From contig JAIFWO010000001.1 in NCBI GenBank assembly GCA_019661895.1, forward strand, positions 1,181-65,180: a stretch of 64,000 bases of DNA, in the 5' to 3' direction. The notes below the pieces were generated by a model that did not search any database, was not told where the DNA came from, and worked only from the letters and a program-made list of their open reading frames with translations. Origin of the DNA: Candidatus Parcubacteria bacterium (lineage in GTDB: Bacteria > Patescibacteriota > Minisyncoccia > Phycocordibacterales > Zambryskibacteraceae). The translations under genes were made by a program, and so were the position numbers. Shown in pieces: positions 19,974 through 30,207 of this stretch (positions are counted from its first letter, which is position 1; every line of letters starts with the position of its first letter).

Positions 19974-21260
19974 TCATTGCGATTCTATAATACTTCTCAT
20001 TGTACCATCGGCGGTCGAGAGTGCCTCGCCGCTCCTGGCCCGGCCCGAGGTCACCGAGGTGATCATGTCGGCAAACAGGCTCTTAGTCTTAACGGGATTA
20101 GGATCGAGCCATCCCTTAGACTGTATAGCCGCATCGTAGAAGATGGACTGCACTCCGTCCCCAGGCTTGTTGGAAAGAAGATCGCGCCTGGCTGGAGGCA
20201 AGCCGACGACGGAAGCGAGCGCCGAGACAGAAGCGCCTGAGGCGAGCTTGGTAGCGGCCACTAGGTCGGCCGCCTGGTTCCTGGAAGTTCTGACCAGAGC
20301 AATGCCGTACAGCTTGCCGTATGTCATGGTCTTCCCCGCCACGCGTGATTGAAGGACGGGGGTCACGCCGACGCTTAAATTGGGATTCTTGGCCTTCAAT
20401 ATCGGCAGCTCACTGGCAAAGCCGATGTAGAGAGCGCTGTCGCCAGAGACGAAGTTGGTCTGGGCGGAAGAGAGTGAGCGATTCCAGCTATAGAAGGGCT
20501 TGGCCGGGTTAGCAAACTGAGTGTAGAAGTCGAGAGCCGCCTCGCCCGGTGGCACTGGGAGGTTGAAGCTCTGGGTAAACTCGGGAGTCAGCCCGCCGCT
20601 TTGCATATCGGTAATGGGAGTACCGGCTTGGAGCATGAGCAGAGAGAGGATGTCCTTGGCATGAGGGATGTTGGTGGCCTCGCCGAGAGCGATAGCACTC
20701 TTCTTGATATTGCCCGCGGCATCCTTAATGGTGAGTTTGTCGGCGTAAGCGTAGAGCTCGTCCCAATACTTGGGCGCTTGGGCGATGGCAGCGCTATTCA
20801 ACAGGTCGCGATTGGTATAGAGGACAAGCGGGTCGACAAAGAGCGGCAGGGCGTAGATGCCCGAGAGGCTGGTGAGGAGGCGGCCCTCGTCTATGAAGGT
20901 CGAGTCGAAGTCGCTTTGCTTCACAGCACTAAATGGGATGAGGGTAAGCTTGTTGCGCTCTTGCCACACTTGATCCTGGCTCACGATGACGAGGTCCGGT
21001 CCGCGGCCCTCGGCCAGGGCTCCGGTAAACTCTTCGTCGAAGTTCTCCGGCGAGATCTCGACATAGTTAATGGAGAGGGTGTTGTCCTGACTCAAGGCGG
21101 CCGCGTTCATGAAGTTCTGGAAGTCGGTGATAGAGACCGGACCCCAGATGGTGACGTTGGCTACGGCCTTGCTCGAGCCCTTAGAGAGGGAGAAGACGAG
21201 AACGCCCGCCACAATAGCCACTCCGAAGATAGTAAGAAGGATGATCTGGAACTTGGACAT
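19974..21260 (-). CDS. Extracellular solute-binding protein (sugar-ABC family 1-like), membrane anchored
   Basis: N-terminal TM helix; ALAEGRGPDL, IYALPLFVDPLVLYTNRDLL, PKYWDEL. Confidence 0.85.
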   Translation of the reverse strand: MSKFQIILLTIFGVAIVAGVLVFSLSKGSSKAVANVTIWGPVSITDFQNFMNAAALSQDNTLSINYVEISPENFDEEFTGALAEGRGPDLVIVSQDQVWQERNKLTLIPFSAVKQSDFDSTFIDEGRLLTSLSGIYALPLFVDPLVLYTNRDLLNSAAIAQAPKYWDELYAYADKLTIKDAAGNIKKSAIALGEATNIPHAKDILSLLMLQAGTPITDMQSGGLTPEFTQSFNLPVPPGEAALDFYTQFANPAKPFYSWNRSLSSAQTNFVSGDSALYIGFASELPILKAKNPNLSVGVTPVLQSRVAGKTMTYGKLYGIALVRTSRNQAADLVAATKLASGASVSALASVVGLPPARRDLLSNKPGDGVQSIFYDAAIQSKGWLDPNPVKTKSLFADMITSVTSGRARSGEALSTADGTMRSIIESQ

Positions 21261-21343
21261 GCTTACAAATATTGTAGCACCTGTTTGACAAAAACAAACT
21301 GTTTGTATAGAACAGAGCTAGCGAACGCTCATTGGAGAGGCAT

Positions 21344-21640
21344 ATGCGCCAAAGGGTAAGGAACGAGGATATCTACGACCCCAAGCTCCTTCGGAAGAAA
21401 AAGGGGCATCGTCAAAGCAAGGTGCAGGTCTGGAGGCAACTGCCAGTCAAATGGAGAATTGTCATGGCGGCAAGCGTCCTTGGTCTCTTTGGAGGGCTTA
21501 CTTATTTGTCCTTTAAGCCTAACGGCTTATTCTCGAGGACGCAGAACCTCTTCGCACAACAAGTAGACAGGATCACGCCGCACCACAAGCACCGCACCAC
21601 CTCAAGCAAGAAAGCGCCTGTACACGAATCGGGTCCGTAA
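21344..21640 (+). CDS. Hypothetical basic single-TM protein
   Basis: TTGACA promoter at ~21285, SD GGAG, one TM helix, stop inside a hairpin. Confidence 0.6.
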   Translation: MRQRVRNEDIYDPKLLRKKKGHRQSKVQVWRQLPVKWRIVMAASVLGLFGGLTYLSFKPNGLFSRTQNLFAQQVDRITPHHKHRTTSSKKAPVHESGP

Positions 21641-21655
21641 CCACGGGCCTTTTTG

Positions 21656-24091
21656 TTATAAACAAATAAGCGAAGCGAGGCGGTCCCCTTCGCGCAGCTT
21701 CATAATGCGCACGCCTTGGGTCGAGCGGCCAAGGACCGGAATCTCTTTGATATCGACGCGCACCACTTGGCTCTTCTTAGAAATAGCGACGACCTCAGCC
21801 TCTTCCTCCGTCACGATCTGTGAGGCGATCACGGGTCCGGTCTTCTGCGTCACCTTGGAGGTAAGTATGCCCGAGCCTCCCCTGCCTTGGATCTTGTACT
21901 CACTAAGCTTGGTGCGCTTGCCATAGCCGCTGGCAGAGATGACGAGCAGGTGGGCGTCCTTCCAAGCCTTCTTGATGGCATGAGCGCCGATGACTTCGTC
22001 ACTCTTATCGAGCTTCACCCCTCTTACGCCGCCAGCGGTCCTACCCATCTCGCGGATATCCGACTCCTTGAAGCGGATCGACATGCCCTCCTTCGTCACC
22101 ACCGAGACGTCGTCTCCCTTCTCCACATGCGAGACGGAGATAAGCCGGTCTCCCGCATCAAGGCGGATGGCGATGATGCCAGAGGAGCGCACATCGTGGA
22201 AGGATTTGGCCGAGACCTTCTTGGTCGTGCCATCCTTGGTGACCATAAGGAGCGAGCCCTCAATACTCTTCAGGCTGTTGGGCATGGGCAAAATGCTTGT
22301 CACGCGCTCATCGTCTCCAAGAGCGATAAAGTTGACGATCGACTTGCCCTTGGTGGCGCGCTTCCCCTCCGGGATGTCATACATCTTGATCTTGTAGGCC
22401 TTGCCCTTGTCCGTGAAGAAGAGGAGATCGGAGTGAGTGGAAGCAGTGAGGAAGCTAGTGACAAAATCTTCTTCCTTAGTATCGAGGTCGACGACGCCGA
22501 CGCCGCCGCGCTTCTGGCGCTTGTACTCGTCTGGGTTGGTGCGCTTGATGTAGCCGCCACTTGTTAAGACCAGAGCATTCTCCTCATCGGCAATAAGGTC
22601 CTCGACCGAGAGCACTTTGGCCCCGCCCTTTATCACCTTGGTGCGGCGATCGTCTCCGTACTTCTCTTGTACGTCTACCAACTCCTTCTTAATGAGCGTG
22701 CGCATCTTCTTCTGCGAGGCAAGGAGCTCGCGCAGGGAGTCAATAAGGATTTGTACTTCTTTGAGCTCGTCCTCCACCTTCTTCCTCTCAAGACCGGCGA
22801 GCTTCTGCAAGCGCATCTCGAGGATCGCTCCGGCTTGCAGGTCGGAAAATTTGAACTTCTGCATCAAATTGCTCTTAGCCTCCTCCACCGACTTCGAGGC
22901 GCGGATGACCTTGATCACTTCTTCGATATGGTCGAGAGCCTTCTTCAGGCCAAGTAAGATGTGCTCGCGGGCCAAGGCCTTCTCGAGGTCGAACTCGGCG
23001 CGGCGCTTCACCACCACCTCACGATGCTTGATAAATTCTTGGAGCATCGACTTCAAGGAGAGCGTCTGCGGCACGCCGTCGACGAGAGCCACGAGGTTGA
23101 AGTGGAAGACTTCTTCGAGCTGTGTGTGCTTGTAGAGGCTATTCAAAACTTTCTGCGGCTGGCTCCCCCGCTTTAGATCGATGACGACGCGAATATCTTT
23201 GGTAGATTCGTCGCGTAAGCCGTTGATGCCCTCAATCTTCTTCTCTCGATGAAGCTCGGCGATCTTCTCGAGCAGGGTCGACTTATTGACTCGGTACGGG
23301 ATCTCGGAGACCACGATCTGGAAGGCTCCCGCCTTCGTCTCGACGATCTCGGCCACGCCGCGCGTTACCACGCCGCCGCGGCCGGTAGCGTAGGCGTGAG
23401 CGATATCCTTCTGATTAAAAATAATTCCTCCCGTCGGGAAGTCGGGACCCTTGATGTATTCCAAAAGGTCGTCGGTAGTGGCCTCCTCGTCGTCAATGAG
23501 ACGTACCGTGGCGTCGATGACCTCGCGCAAGTTGTGCGGAGGGATGTTGGTGGCCATACCCACGGCAATGCCGAGGGTGCCGTTAAGCAAGAGGTTGGGT
23601 ACCGCAGCCGGCAGGACGGCGGGCTCCTTCTTGGTCCCGTCGTAGTTGGGGCGGAAGTCGACCGTGTTCCTCTCGATATCGGCGAGAAGCTCTCCGGCAA
23701 TCCGGCTCATCTTGGCCTCGGTGTAGCGGTAGGCGGCGGCCCCGTCGCCGTCGATCGAGCCGAAGTTGCCTTGGCCGATGACCAGCGGGTAACGCGTGGC
23801 GAAGTCTTGAGCAAGCTTGACCATGGCATCGTAGACCGAGGCGTCGCCGTGCGGATGGTACGAGCCCAGCACCTCTCCGACCACCGTGGCGCTCTTACGG
23901 GTCTTGGCCGTGGCCGAGAGGCCGATCTGGTTCATGGCAAAGAGAATGCGGCGATGCACCGGCTTGAGTCCGTCGCGCACGTCGGGCAGGGCGCGATCGG
24001 TGATCACCGACATAGCATAGTCGATAAACGACTCCTTCATCTCGGAGACGATCGAACGGGCTACTACTTTGTCGTGAGTCTTATCGTCCAT
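21656..24091 (-). CDS. gyrA: DNA gyrase subunit A
   Basis: [29 protein letters not shown] active Tyr, GyrA-box QKRGGVG, beta-pinwheel repeats. Confidence 0.98.
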   Translation of the reverse strand: MDDKTHDKVVARSIVSEMKESFIDYAMSVITDRALPDVRDGLKPVHRRILFAMNQIGLSATAKTRKSATVVGEVLGSYHPHGDASVYDAMVKLAQDFATRYPLVIGQGNFGSIDGDGAAAYRYTEAKMSRIAGELLADIERNTVDFRPNYDGTKKEPAVLPAAVPNLLLNGTLGIAVGMATNIPPHNLREVIDATVRLIDDEEATTDDLLEYIKGPDFPTGGIIFNQKDIAHAYATGRGGVVTRGVAEIVETKAGAFQIVVSEIPYRVNKSTLLEKIAELHREKKIEGINGLRDESTKDIRVVIDLKRGSQPQKVLNSLYKHTQLEEVFHFNLVALVDGVPQTLSLKSMLQEFIKHREVVVKRRAEFDLEKALAREHILLGLKKALDHIEEVIKVIRASKSVEEAKSNLMQKFKFSDLQAGAILEMRLQKLAGLERKKVEDELKEVQILIDSLRELLASQKKMRTLIKKELVDVQEKYGDDRRTKVIKGGAKVLSVEDLIADEENALVLTSGGYIKRTNPDEYKRQKRGGVGVVDLDTKEEDFVTSFLTASTHSDLLFFTDKGKAYKIKMYDIPEGKRATKGKSIVNFIALGDDERVTSILPMPNSLKSIEGSLLMVTKDGTTKKVSAKSFHDVRSSGIIAIRLDAGDRLISVSHVEKGDDVSVVTKEGMSIRFKESDIREMGRTAGGVRGVKLDKSDEVIGAHAIKKAWKDAHLLVISASGYGKRTKLSEYKIQGRGGSGILTSKVTQKTGPVIASQIVTEEEAEVVAISKKSQVVRVDIKEIPVLGRSTQGVRIMKLREGDRLASLICL

Positions 24092-24094
24092 TGT

Positions 24095-24430
24095 TTATTG
24101 TTCATTACTCAGAGCTTGATCGCGCGCTTCTTGGTAGCCACCGTTCAATTGGCTGAAGCCTGACTTGAAGGCCTCGAAGGAAGACTCTACTCCGGACTTC
24201 AAATTTTCGAAAGGGGTGACGCCGTCTGGCACATTCACGGCCTCGCCGGCCCCGACGACTGCGGCAAGATTATTTTGATCTTCCTGCGTGGCGACCACGC
24301 TCGTCTGGCCGAAGTGCACGAACGACCAAATGGCAAAGATCATGAGCGTCACTGCGCCAGAAACCGAGAGCGCGAAGGCTCGTTTGTGCGAGTGGGGTCT
24401 CTCCTTCATTGTTTCGATATATTTTCTCAT
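24095..24430 (-). CDS. Hypothetical single-TM protein
   Basis: Basic N-terminus plus one TM helix; tightly packed upstream of gyrA. Confidence 0.7.
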   Translation of the reverse strand: MRKYIETMKERPHSHKRAFALSVSGAVTLMIFAIWSFVHFGQTSVVATQEDQNNLAAVVGAGEAVNVPDGVTPFENLKSGVESSFEAFKSGFSQLNGGYQEARDQALSNEQ

Positions 24431-24436
24431 ATAAAT

Positions 24437-24991
24437 TTATTCTTCTTTAAGCACGATAATCTCCCCTTCCTTGCCCTCCAAATCCTTCTTCTTGATCACG
24501 AGTTTCTCTAAGGGGCTTGCTACCTCGCTGCCGCCCTCCTTCAGAAACTTTTTCAAGCTCTCTTTATCATAATGCATCGGGATAGAGATGCTCGGCTCGA
24601 GCGAGACGGCGAGCTTGTACGCGCCCTCGGGCGTGAGCGTATCAACCGGCACGAAGAGGATATCAATGTCCTCGAGGTGCTCCTTGGTCTCCTTAGGCAA
24701 CTCGGCTTGGGTGAGCGGTCCCAAGAAGCACATATTCATCCCCTCGAAGCTCACCATATAGATGGTGTTGATGCGCTCACCGCTTTTAGAAAGGAAGCCT
24801 TTAATGCCAATATCCTTCACCTCATACTCGCCGGGGCCGTTGACGATAAAGCCTTTGCCCCCGCCGGCAAACTCGGAGGAGCTTATGAGAGTGATATCCG
24901 AGGCGCTGCGCGAGTTGGTGGGGTTGACTGAAATAGAGAGCTCGCCTTGAGAGATTTTGAAGGCTTCGCCTCCTTGGTACGTGACTATCAT
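24437..24991 (-). CDS. MBL-fold (beta-lactamase superfamily) protein lacking metal-binding His motif
   Basis: GPGEYEVKDI, NTIYMV, DILFVPV, IPMHY; no HxHxDH. Confidence 0.75.
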   Translation of the reverse strand: MIVTYQGGEAFKISQGELSISVNPTNSRSASDITLISSSEFAGGGKGFIVNGPGEYEVKDIGIKGFLSKSGERINTIYMVSFEGMNMCFLGPLTQAELPKETKEHLEDIDILFVPVDTLTPEGAYKLAVSLEPSISIPMHYDKESLKKFLKEGGSEVASPLEKLVIKKKDLEGKEGEIIVLKEE

Positions 24992-25080
24992 AATCCTCAT
25001 TTTAGCATAAAATCCGAGCTTTTACCAGCCATTTTGTGGTATAAAAGGACTAGAACTGTTCCCCATCTCACGGAGGCGAG

Positions 25081-25473
25081 ATGCCATACCTAGCTCGCAA
25101 GATAGGTCGTGACTCCGCAATCATTTTTGCCATTGTGGTTGTCCTCATCTTCGCCTTGGCTCGACTTTCAAAAGCCCAAGAGCCGGCAAGGGTGGCGCGA
25201 GACACGACCACGACGAAGATCTGCGCCCAGTTTATAAGTCTCGGTGATCCATTTCTGGAATCCGACAACACCATCGCTCTCTTTGTCAGACGTGATGGTA
25301 ACAAGGACACGACGCTTCTCGCGCCGAGAAGAGTCTACAATCGGCATCAGATCATCTTGCTGAATTGGTACAATTTCGTCTACGCCGACAATGAGCTTGT
25401 CGACTACAAGGTCTTACCGTTCCGCCGTAAGTGTCCGGAGACATATCAGGCCCAAGCGACCCCTACTCCGTAG
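25081..25473 (+). CDS. Hypothetical membrane-anchored/secreted protein
   Basis: SD GGAGG, N-terminal hydrophobic helix, stop in hairpin 25458-25478. Confidence 0.7.
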   Translation: MPYLARKIGRDSAIIFAIVVVLIFALARLSKAQEPARVARDTTTTKICAQFISLGDPFLESDNTIALFVRRDGNKDTTLLAPRRVYNRHQIILLNWYNFVYADNELVDYKVLPFRRKCPETYQAQATPTP

Positions 25474-25501
25474 GGGTCTTTTTATGACTTTATAGATGTG
25501 C

Positions 25502-25530
25502 TTGACAAGAAATTAGAATAGGTGTATAAT
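25502..25530 (+). promoter_or_regulatory. Consensus sigma70 promoter
   Basis: TTGACA-17 nt-TATAAT. Confidence 0.85.
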
Positions 25531-25536
25531 AGTACA

Positions 25537-25893
25537 AGAGTGGATAACCCTCTGGCACAGCTGTAGAGCTAGTGCTAGTGTAGTCCATAGACCCGTTCCT
25601 CAATCAACCCATCGACAAATGGAGGCTCGACGTTCACCCAAGGCCAACCTTGGGCTCGCAACTACTCCCACCGATGAATCGCGCTACCGGTCCTTACGTA
25701 GTCCTCACCTCCAAACCGGTGCGCACCGCGACAACCGAGAAAAATCGTTTGATTCAGCTCGCAGACGCGAGCCGGCAGTCAGAGGCCACTGAGCCCGGGT
25801 GCCCGCGATCGACTTCAGAAAGTCCGATCGCGGGCCTACCCAAACGCGAAGATCCAACCCCACCCACCCACGCATTGCGTGGGCTTGTTATTT
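25537..25893 (+). ncRNA. Candidate structured ncRNA (~350 nt), family unknown
   Basis: Lies between a consensus promoter and a terminator-like hairpin CCCACGC/GCGTGGG; contains several strong hairpins; no convincing CDS. Confidence 0.45.
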
Positions 25894-25992
25894 ATGTTAA
25901 TTTAACTTGGTTCTTTATTACCCCCGCTTTTCGTATCCCCTCTTGCTTCGGCAACCATTCATAAGCCAGAGGGCCGGGAGCGGCTCAAACAT

Positions 25993-27087
25993 TTGAACGA
26001 TACACAAACACTCGACCCCGTAAACAGCGAGGTCATGCAGAAATTAATGCTCGAGGTCCCCGAGCCACCCAAGCTCGATGACGTCATCGAGGGACCCGTC
26101 ATAGCCATAGACAAGGGCGCGGTCTATATTGACCTGCCCCCCTTCGGCACCGGCATCATCTTCGGCCGAGAGTTCATGAACGCTCGCGACATTATCAAGA
26201 AGATCAATGTGGGCGACACGGTAGCCGGCAAAGTGGTCGGCATGGGCGGCCTTGAAGGCTACATCGAGATCTCTCTCAAGGAGGCCCGCCAAGCGCTCAT
26301 CTGGAGCGAGGCTGAGGAAGCTATCCGCGAGAAGCGCGTATACGAACTGGCTATTACCGACGCCAACAAGGGCGGACTGATCATCAATTGGCAAGGCATC
26401 CAGGGCTTCCTCCCCGCTTCTCAACTCAAGCCGGAGCACTATCCTCGCATCGCCGATGGAGACAAGGATAAGATCCTCGACGAATTGAAGAAGCTCGTGG
26501 GCGTGAAGCTCTCCGTCACTATCATCGGCGCTACGCCGAAGGAGGGCAAATTGATCTTCTCTGAGAAGTCGCCTGAGACCAAGAATAAGGAAAATATTAT
26601 TGCCAAGTATACGCTTGGCGACGAAGTAATGGGAGAAGTGACGGGACTCGTCGACTTCGGCATCTTCGTCAAACTTGAAGAGGGCTTGGAGGGCTTGGTA
26701 CACATCTCGGAGATCGATTGGGGCTTGGTCGAGAATCCGAAGGCTATGTTCAGGATCGGCGAGAAGGTCAATGTCAAGATCATCGAGATCAAAGAGGATA
26801 AGATCTCCCTCTCTATCAAGGCCTTGAAGGAGAACCCTTGGAAGGAAGCCTCCGAGAAGTATAAAAAGGACGACGTGGTCGACGGCGTGATCATCAAGTA
26901 CAACAAGCACGGCGCCTTGGCCTCGATCGAGGAGGGTGTGGCCGGCTTGGTCCACGTCTCGGAGTTCGGCTCGGAAGAGAAGTTGAAGGAGAAGCTCGAA
27001 ATGGGCAAATCCTACCCCTTCAAGATCACTCTTTTCGATCCTAAGGAGCAGAAGATGGCTTTAAGTTTCGTAGAGAAAAACAAATAG
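25993..27087 (+). CDS. rpsA: S1 RNA-binding domain protein (ribosomal protein S1-like, 4 S1 domains)
   Basis: GFLPASQL, FGIFVKL..GLEGLVHISEI, GLVHVSEF repeats; TTG start after a structured leader (~25923-25984). Confidence 0.88.
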   Translation: MNDTQTLDPVNSEVMQKLMLEVPEPPKLDDVIEGPVIAIDKGAVYIDLPPFGTGIIFGREFMNARDIIKKINVGDTVAGKVVGMGGLEGYIEISLKEARQALIWSEAEEAIREKRVYELAITDANKGGLIINWQGIQGFLPASQLKPEHYPRIADGDKDKILDELKKLVGVKLSVTIIGATPKEGKLIFSEKSPETKNKENIIAKYTLGDEVMGEVTGLVDFGIFVKLEEGLEGLVHISEIDWGLVENPKAMFRIGEKVNVKIIEIKEDKISLSIKALKENPWKEASEKYKKDDVVDGVIIKYNKHGALASIEEGVAGLVHVSEFGSEEKLKEKLEMGKSYPFKITLFDPKEQKMALSFVEKNK

Positions 27088-27188
27088 AAAATAGTTAATA
27101 AGAAATAACAAAAACTCTGGACTCTCCAGAGTTTTGTTATTTGGTCGAAAGGGGTTATGGTAGAACCAGACACAACAGTGGAGATCCC

Positions 27189-27374
27189 ATGGACGCAGAA
27201 TGGATCGTCGAATATGACGGACGCCCGCGCGGTTGGATCCGCGAACATCACGGACAAGTGACCATCCCGGGAGAATCGGAGGAGGTCGTCCGCCGAAGAG
27301 CGGAGGCCGACCTCGGCAAAGATTACATCATCACCAAGATATATCGGGATACCAAATCCAGCACCACGGCCTAG
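27189..27374 (+). CDS. Small hypothetical protein
   Basis: SD GGAG before ATG 27189; stop within hairpin 27364-27380. Confidence 0.5.
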   Translation: MDAEWIVEYDGRPRGWIREHHGQVTIPGESEEVVRRRAEADLGKDYIITKIYRDTKSSTTA

Positions 27375-27434
27375 CCGCGGTTTTATTTATACTACGATAT
27401 ATCGTAGTGACAATGATAAAGAAAAGCCCATCTC

Positions 27435-27662
27435 TCATTTTGAAAGATGGGCGCGGAAGAGGTGCGTGAGCGGCGGGCTCCAGAGGTTCGTGCCCTCGTG
27501 CTGGAAATAGCCTTGCAATTTCTGCACACGGCACTGCTCGCACTTAGCGTCAGTGCAATCATCCATGTGCATGGCGTTCACGAATACGATGACCGGATTC
27601 GTATCCATCGGCGGAATATCCGGACACATTGTTGCGTACTGCACAGCCAAGTGGACTGACAT
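27435..27662 (-). CDS. Small hypothetical Cys/His protein
   Basis: SD AGGAG; HxxxCxxxxCxxC motif. Confidence 0.5.
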   Translation of the reverse strand: MSVHLAVQYATMCPDIPPMDTNPVIVFVNAMHMDDCTDAKCEQCRVQKLQGYFQHEGTNLWSPPLTHLFRAHLSK

Positions 27663-27732
27663 GGGCGATCTCCTGTTGAGTCTGGCGCAATTATACTAAT
27701 TTTATAAATTAAGTCAAGAAAAGCCGCCCATA

Positions 27733-27963
27733 TCAGGCGGTCGATTCCGACTCCTTCATGATCAAGAAGATGGCTATCGAGGCGTTGTGTGCGCACTTGT
27801 CATTCCAGCACTTATCGCACACGCGCTTTCCACTACCATCATCGTAGAACGCCGCATCCTTCCTCGTAAAATCTTTGACACGGCAGATACCACAGCGGAC
27901 AATCTCCGTATCCTTAAACTGTGCCACCGCATCGCGGTAAGCGGTCGAACGCGGGTTACTCAT
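27733..27963 (-). CDS. Small zinc-finger-like protein
   Basis: SD GGAGG; CGIC...CDKC. Confidence 0.6.
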   Translation of the reverse strand: MSNPRSTAYRDAVAQFKDTEIVRCGICRVKDFTRKDAAFYDDGSGKRVCDKCWNDKCAHNASIAIFLIMKESESTA

Positions 27964-28058
27964 ACTGCCTCCCCTCTAGTCTGCATTCAGAATATGCCTA
28001 TTTGTAAAAACTTCAATGGAGTGATAGGGTCGAGATAGACCCCTATACCGAGGACACA

Positions 28059-28625
28059 ATGCACATCCTTCTACCGAAGATTTATCCAGCCTCCCTACCT
28101 GGCCGTTACACTTTCTTCTTGCTTGGACCCATTAAAGGCGGCGGAGCGTGGCAACACACTGCTTGTCTCGAGCTGAAGAGGCTGATACAACAAGAGCCGT
28201 TACAAACGGAAGACTTCACTGTCGTCGTCCCATGCCGCTGGCAAGCCGATCATGCACTTGCACAATATTTTATCCCTGGTATTCCTCGAGATGTACGCCA
28301 GACTGACTGGGAACGTACTTACCTAGAGAAAGCGGCTACGGACACCTGCGGTTGTATCATAGGCTGGTTGCCCTGCGAGGATAAAATAAATCCTCGTAAC
28401 GACGGTCAGCCATACGCACGAGATTCATACGGTGAGATTGGTGAGTGGAGAGGGAGGATGATGTGCGACAAGACCTTGCACTTTTGCCTCGGCGCAGAAG
28501 AAGGCTTCCCGGGCCTCGATGTGATGAAGAGCAATTTCGAACTAGCTCTCAACCGTCGGTTCACTATCTACGGAAGTCTGGACGAAACGCTTCAGAAGGC
28601 TTATGAGATTGTCGATCCTGCTTAG
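28059..28625 (+). CDS. Nucleoside 2-deoxyribosyltransferase-like protein
   Basis: FLLGPIKGGGAWQ, QTDWE, ARDSYGEIGEW motifs typical of NDT-like fold proteins. Confidence 0.65.
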   Translation: MHILLPKIYPASLPGRYTFFLLGPIKGGGAWQHTACLELKRLIQQEPLQTEDFTVVVPCRWQADHALAQYFIPGIPRDVRQTDWERTYLEKAATDTCGCIIGWLPCEDKINPRNDGQPYARDSYGEIGEWRGRMMCDKTLHFCLGAEEGFPGLDVMKSNFELALNRRFTIYGSLDETLQKAYEIVDPA

Positions 28626-28699
28626 AAATTAAGTGGGATTTTTGTTTGCAAAAATTCAATCAGATGATAAGGTCAGAATAGACCAACAAGTGAGGAACA

Positions 28700-29155
28700 A
28701 TGATTACTTATGCAGAGACCCAAATCGCGCCTGAGGATCTCGTTCTCTTCAGATCTATCCGGCATACAGTAAACCATCTCCCGCAACTTGACCTCGGTGC
28801 CACGAAGGATGGAAACGACGTCGAAATGTCATGCCACCTGCTTGCCGAGGCCGTTGCTCGAGTATGGAACCTCGAGGTTGCACATGGCGTCTTCCTTAAA
28901 GGATACAACCACAGCTGGACAGTCACCTCTAACAAAAATGTCATCGATGTGTACCCGGTGGCATCAGTTGGAGGGCCAATAATTTACGACGGATCAGCCC
29001 TGACGGTTCTCCGTCAACTATTCAATCCCTTCTCGCCGTCCAATATCGAAGCGAGGTATGGGAAAGACTTTGGGAGCATGTGGTTTGAAAGGGCTGTTGA
29101 CACCTTGGCTCTCCAACTCCACAAACTTTCACGCCTCTCCCCCGCTCAGCAGTAA
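28700..29155 (+). CDS. Hypothetical protein with Cys/His/Asp motifs
   Basis: SD GAGG; SCHLLA, NHSW and IDVYP resemble a transglutaminase/papain-like triad (weak). Confidence 0.6.
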   Translation: MITYAETQIAPEDLVLFRSIRHTVNHLPQLDLGATKDGNDVEMSCHLLAEAVARVWNLEVAHGVFLKGYNHSWTVTSNKNVIDVYPVASVGGPIIYDGSALTVLRQLFNPFSPSNIEARYGKDFGSMWFERAVDTLALQLHKLSRLSPAQQ

Positions 29156-29221
29156 GAGCGGGGATTTTTATTTTGTGATACCTTAATACGCAGAATTTTG
29201 TACACTCACAGGAGAAGTGGC

Positions 29222-29620
29222 ATGACTCATCAGGCACCAAACGATCGCAACGACATGTTCGTGTTCGTACTCCTCATGGAGTCAGGGAAATATACGCTCT
29301 CGTACGAAATCATTCAGAGCATGATCCATCCCTTCAAAGCGGCCTTAAGGCTCCAAGGCGTAAGAGTAAACGGTCTGGAACGGCAAACGGTTCACGAAGC
29401 TCTGGTAGAGGCTGTCGATCTGGGCCTTGCCCGACACTCTCGAGAAAACTCTTTGAACGTGTACTGGGTCAACAATGAGTTAATCAAAGAGTATATGCTG
29501 CGAGCTCATAGCGATCTGACTGCTGAAGAGCTTGCGTTCGCCAAGGAAGCGGCGAAGATTGCTGTTGCAAACACCTTTAGACCAAGGGTCAATGGCACAA
29601 AGAAACTGCCCGCTCTCTGA
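29222..29620 (+). CDS. Hypothetical protein, possible winged helix
   Basis: SD AGGAG; VHEALVEAVDLGLA...VYWV. Confidence 0.6.
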   Translation: MTHQAPNDRNDMFVFVLLMESGKYTLSYEIIQSMIHPFKAALRLQGVRVNGLERQTVHEALVEAVDLGLARHSRENSLNVYWVNNELIKEYMLRAHSDLTAEELAFAKEAAKIAVANTFRPRVNGTKKLPAL

Positions 29621-29694
29621 GCGGGTTTTTTACTTGCAAAACTTATAAAAGTATGGATATATATGTCTAGACAGACCCCACCAGAGGAGAACTC

Positions 29695-30123
29695 ATGAGC
29701 CACCCGGGAGGAAAGTCCTTGGAGGCAAGTGAAGTCTGCCTCCTCTTGCTACAATGCTTCGACGAAGAGAATGTCGCCGACATCGAAGTGGATGGATTGA
29801 CTCATGCGTTCGGCTACCTCATTAACCTGCTCCTCGAAGCTGGCGTCATCAAGAAGTCTGGCCTGACGTATAGGCACGAGCCATTCAGATATGAGGTCGT
29901 CACGGCGGTGATCGAGAACCTGGTTGAGAAAAAGATCGCCACCGTAAGTCACGAGGGCCACACTGAGATGCTCGAGCTTGGTCCTGGCACTTGGGGTCGC
30001 ATCGAATCGCTTCTTCGGGAGCGCGGGATGTCGGCTGAGGACAAGCGAGCGTATCTGCCGTATTGCCGCAAGGCCTTCCAATACTACAAGGGCGACATAC
30101 GCTCTTACGGCTGCGATGAATGA
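29695..30123 (+). CDS. Hypothetical protein, possible winged helix
   Basis: SD GAGGAG; VTAVIENLVEKKIA...MLEL. Confidence 0.6.
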   Translation: MSHPGGKSLEASEVCLLLLQCFDEENVADIEVDGLTHAFGYLINLLLEAGVIKKSGLTYRHEPFRYEVVTAVIENLVEKKIATVSHEGHTEMLELGPGTWGRIESLLRERGMSAEDKRAYLPYCRKAFQYYKGDIRSYGCDE

Positions 30124-30207
30124 TCGCAGCTTTTTTATTGCAAAATTACTTAAAGTGTGGTTAAATATGAAAAGACAGCACCCATCATCTTCTTGCCAGG
30201 TGAGACA

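Noticed and set aside
25537-25893. tmRNA, 6S RNA or retron msr-msd identity for the structured region
   Set aside because: No tRNA-like acceptor/T-arm, no long end-to-end rod, and no reverse transcriptase in the window.
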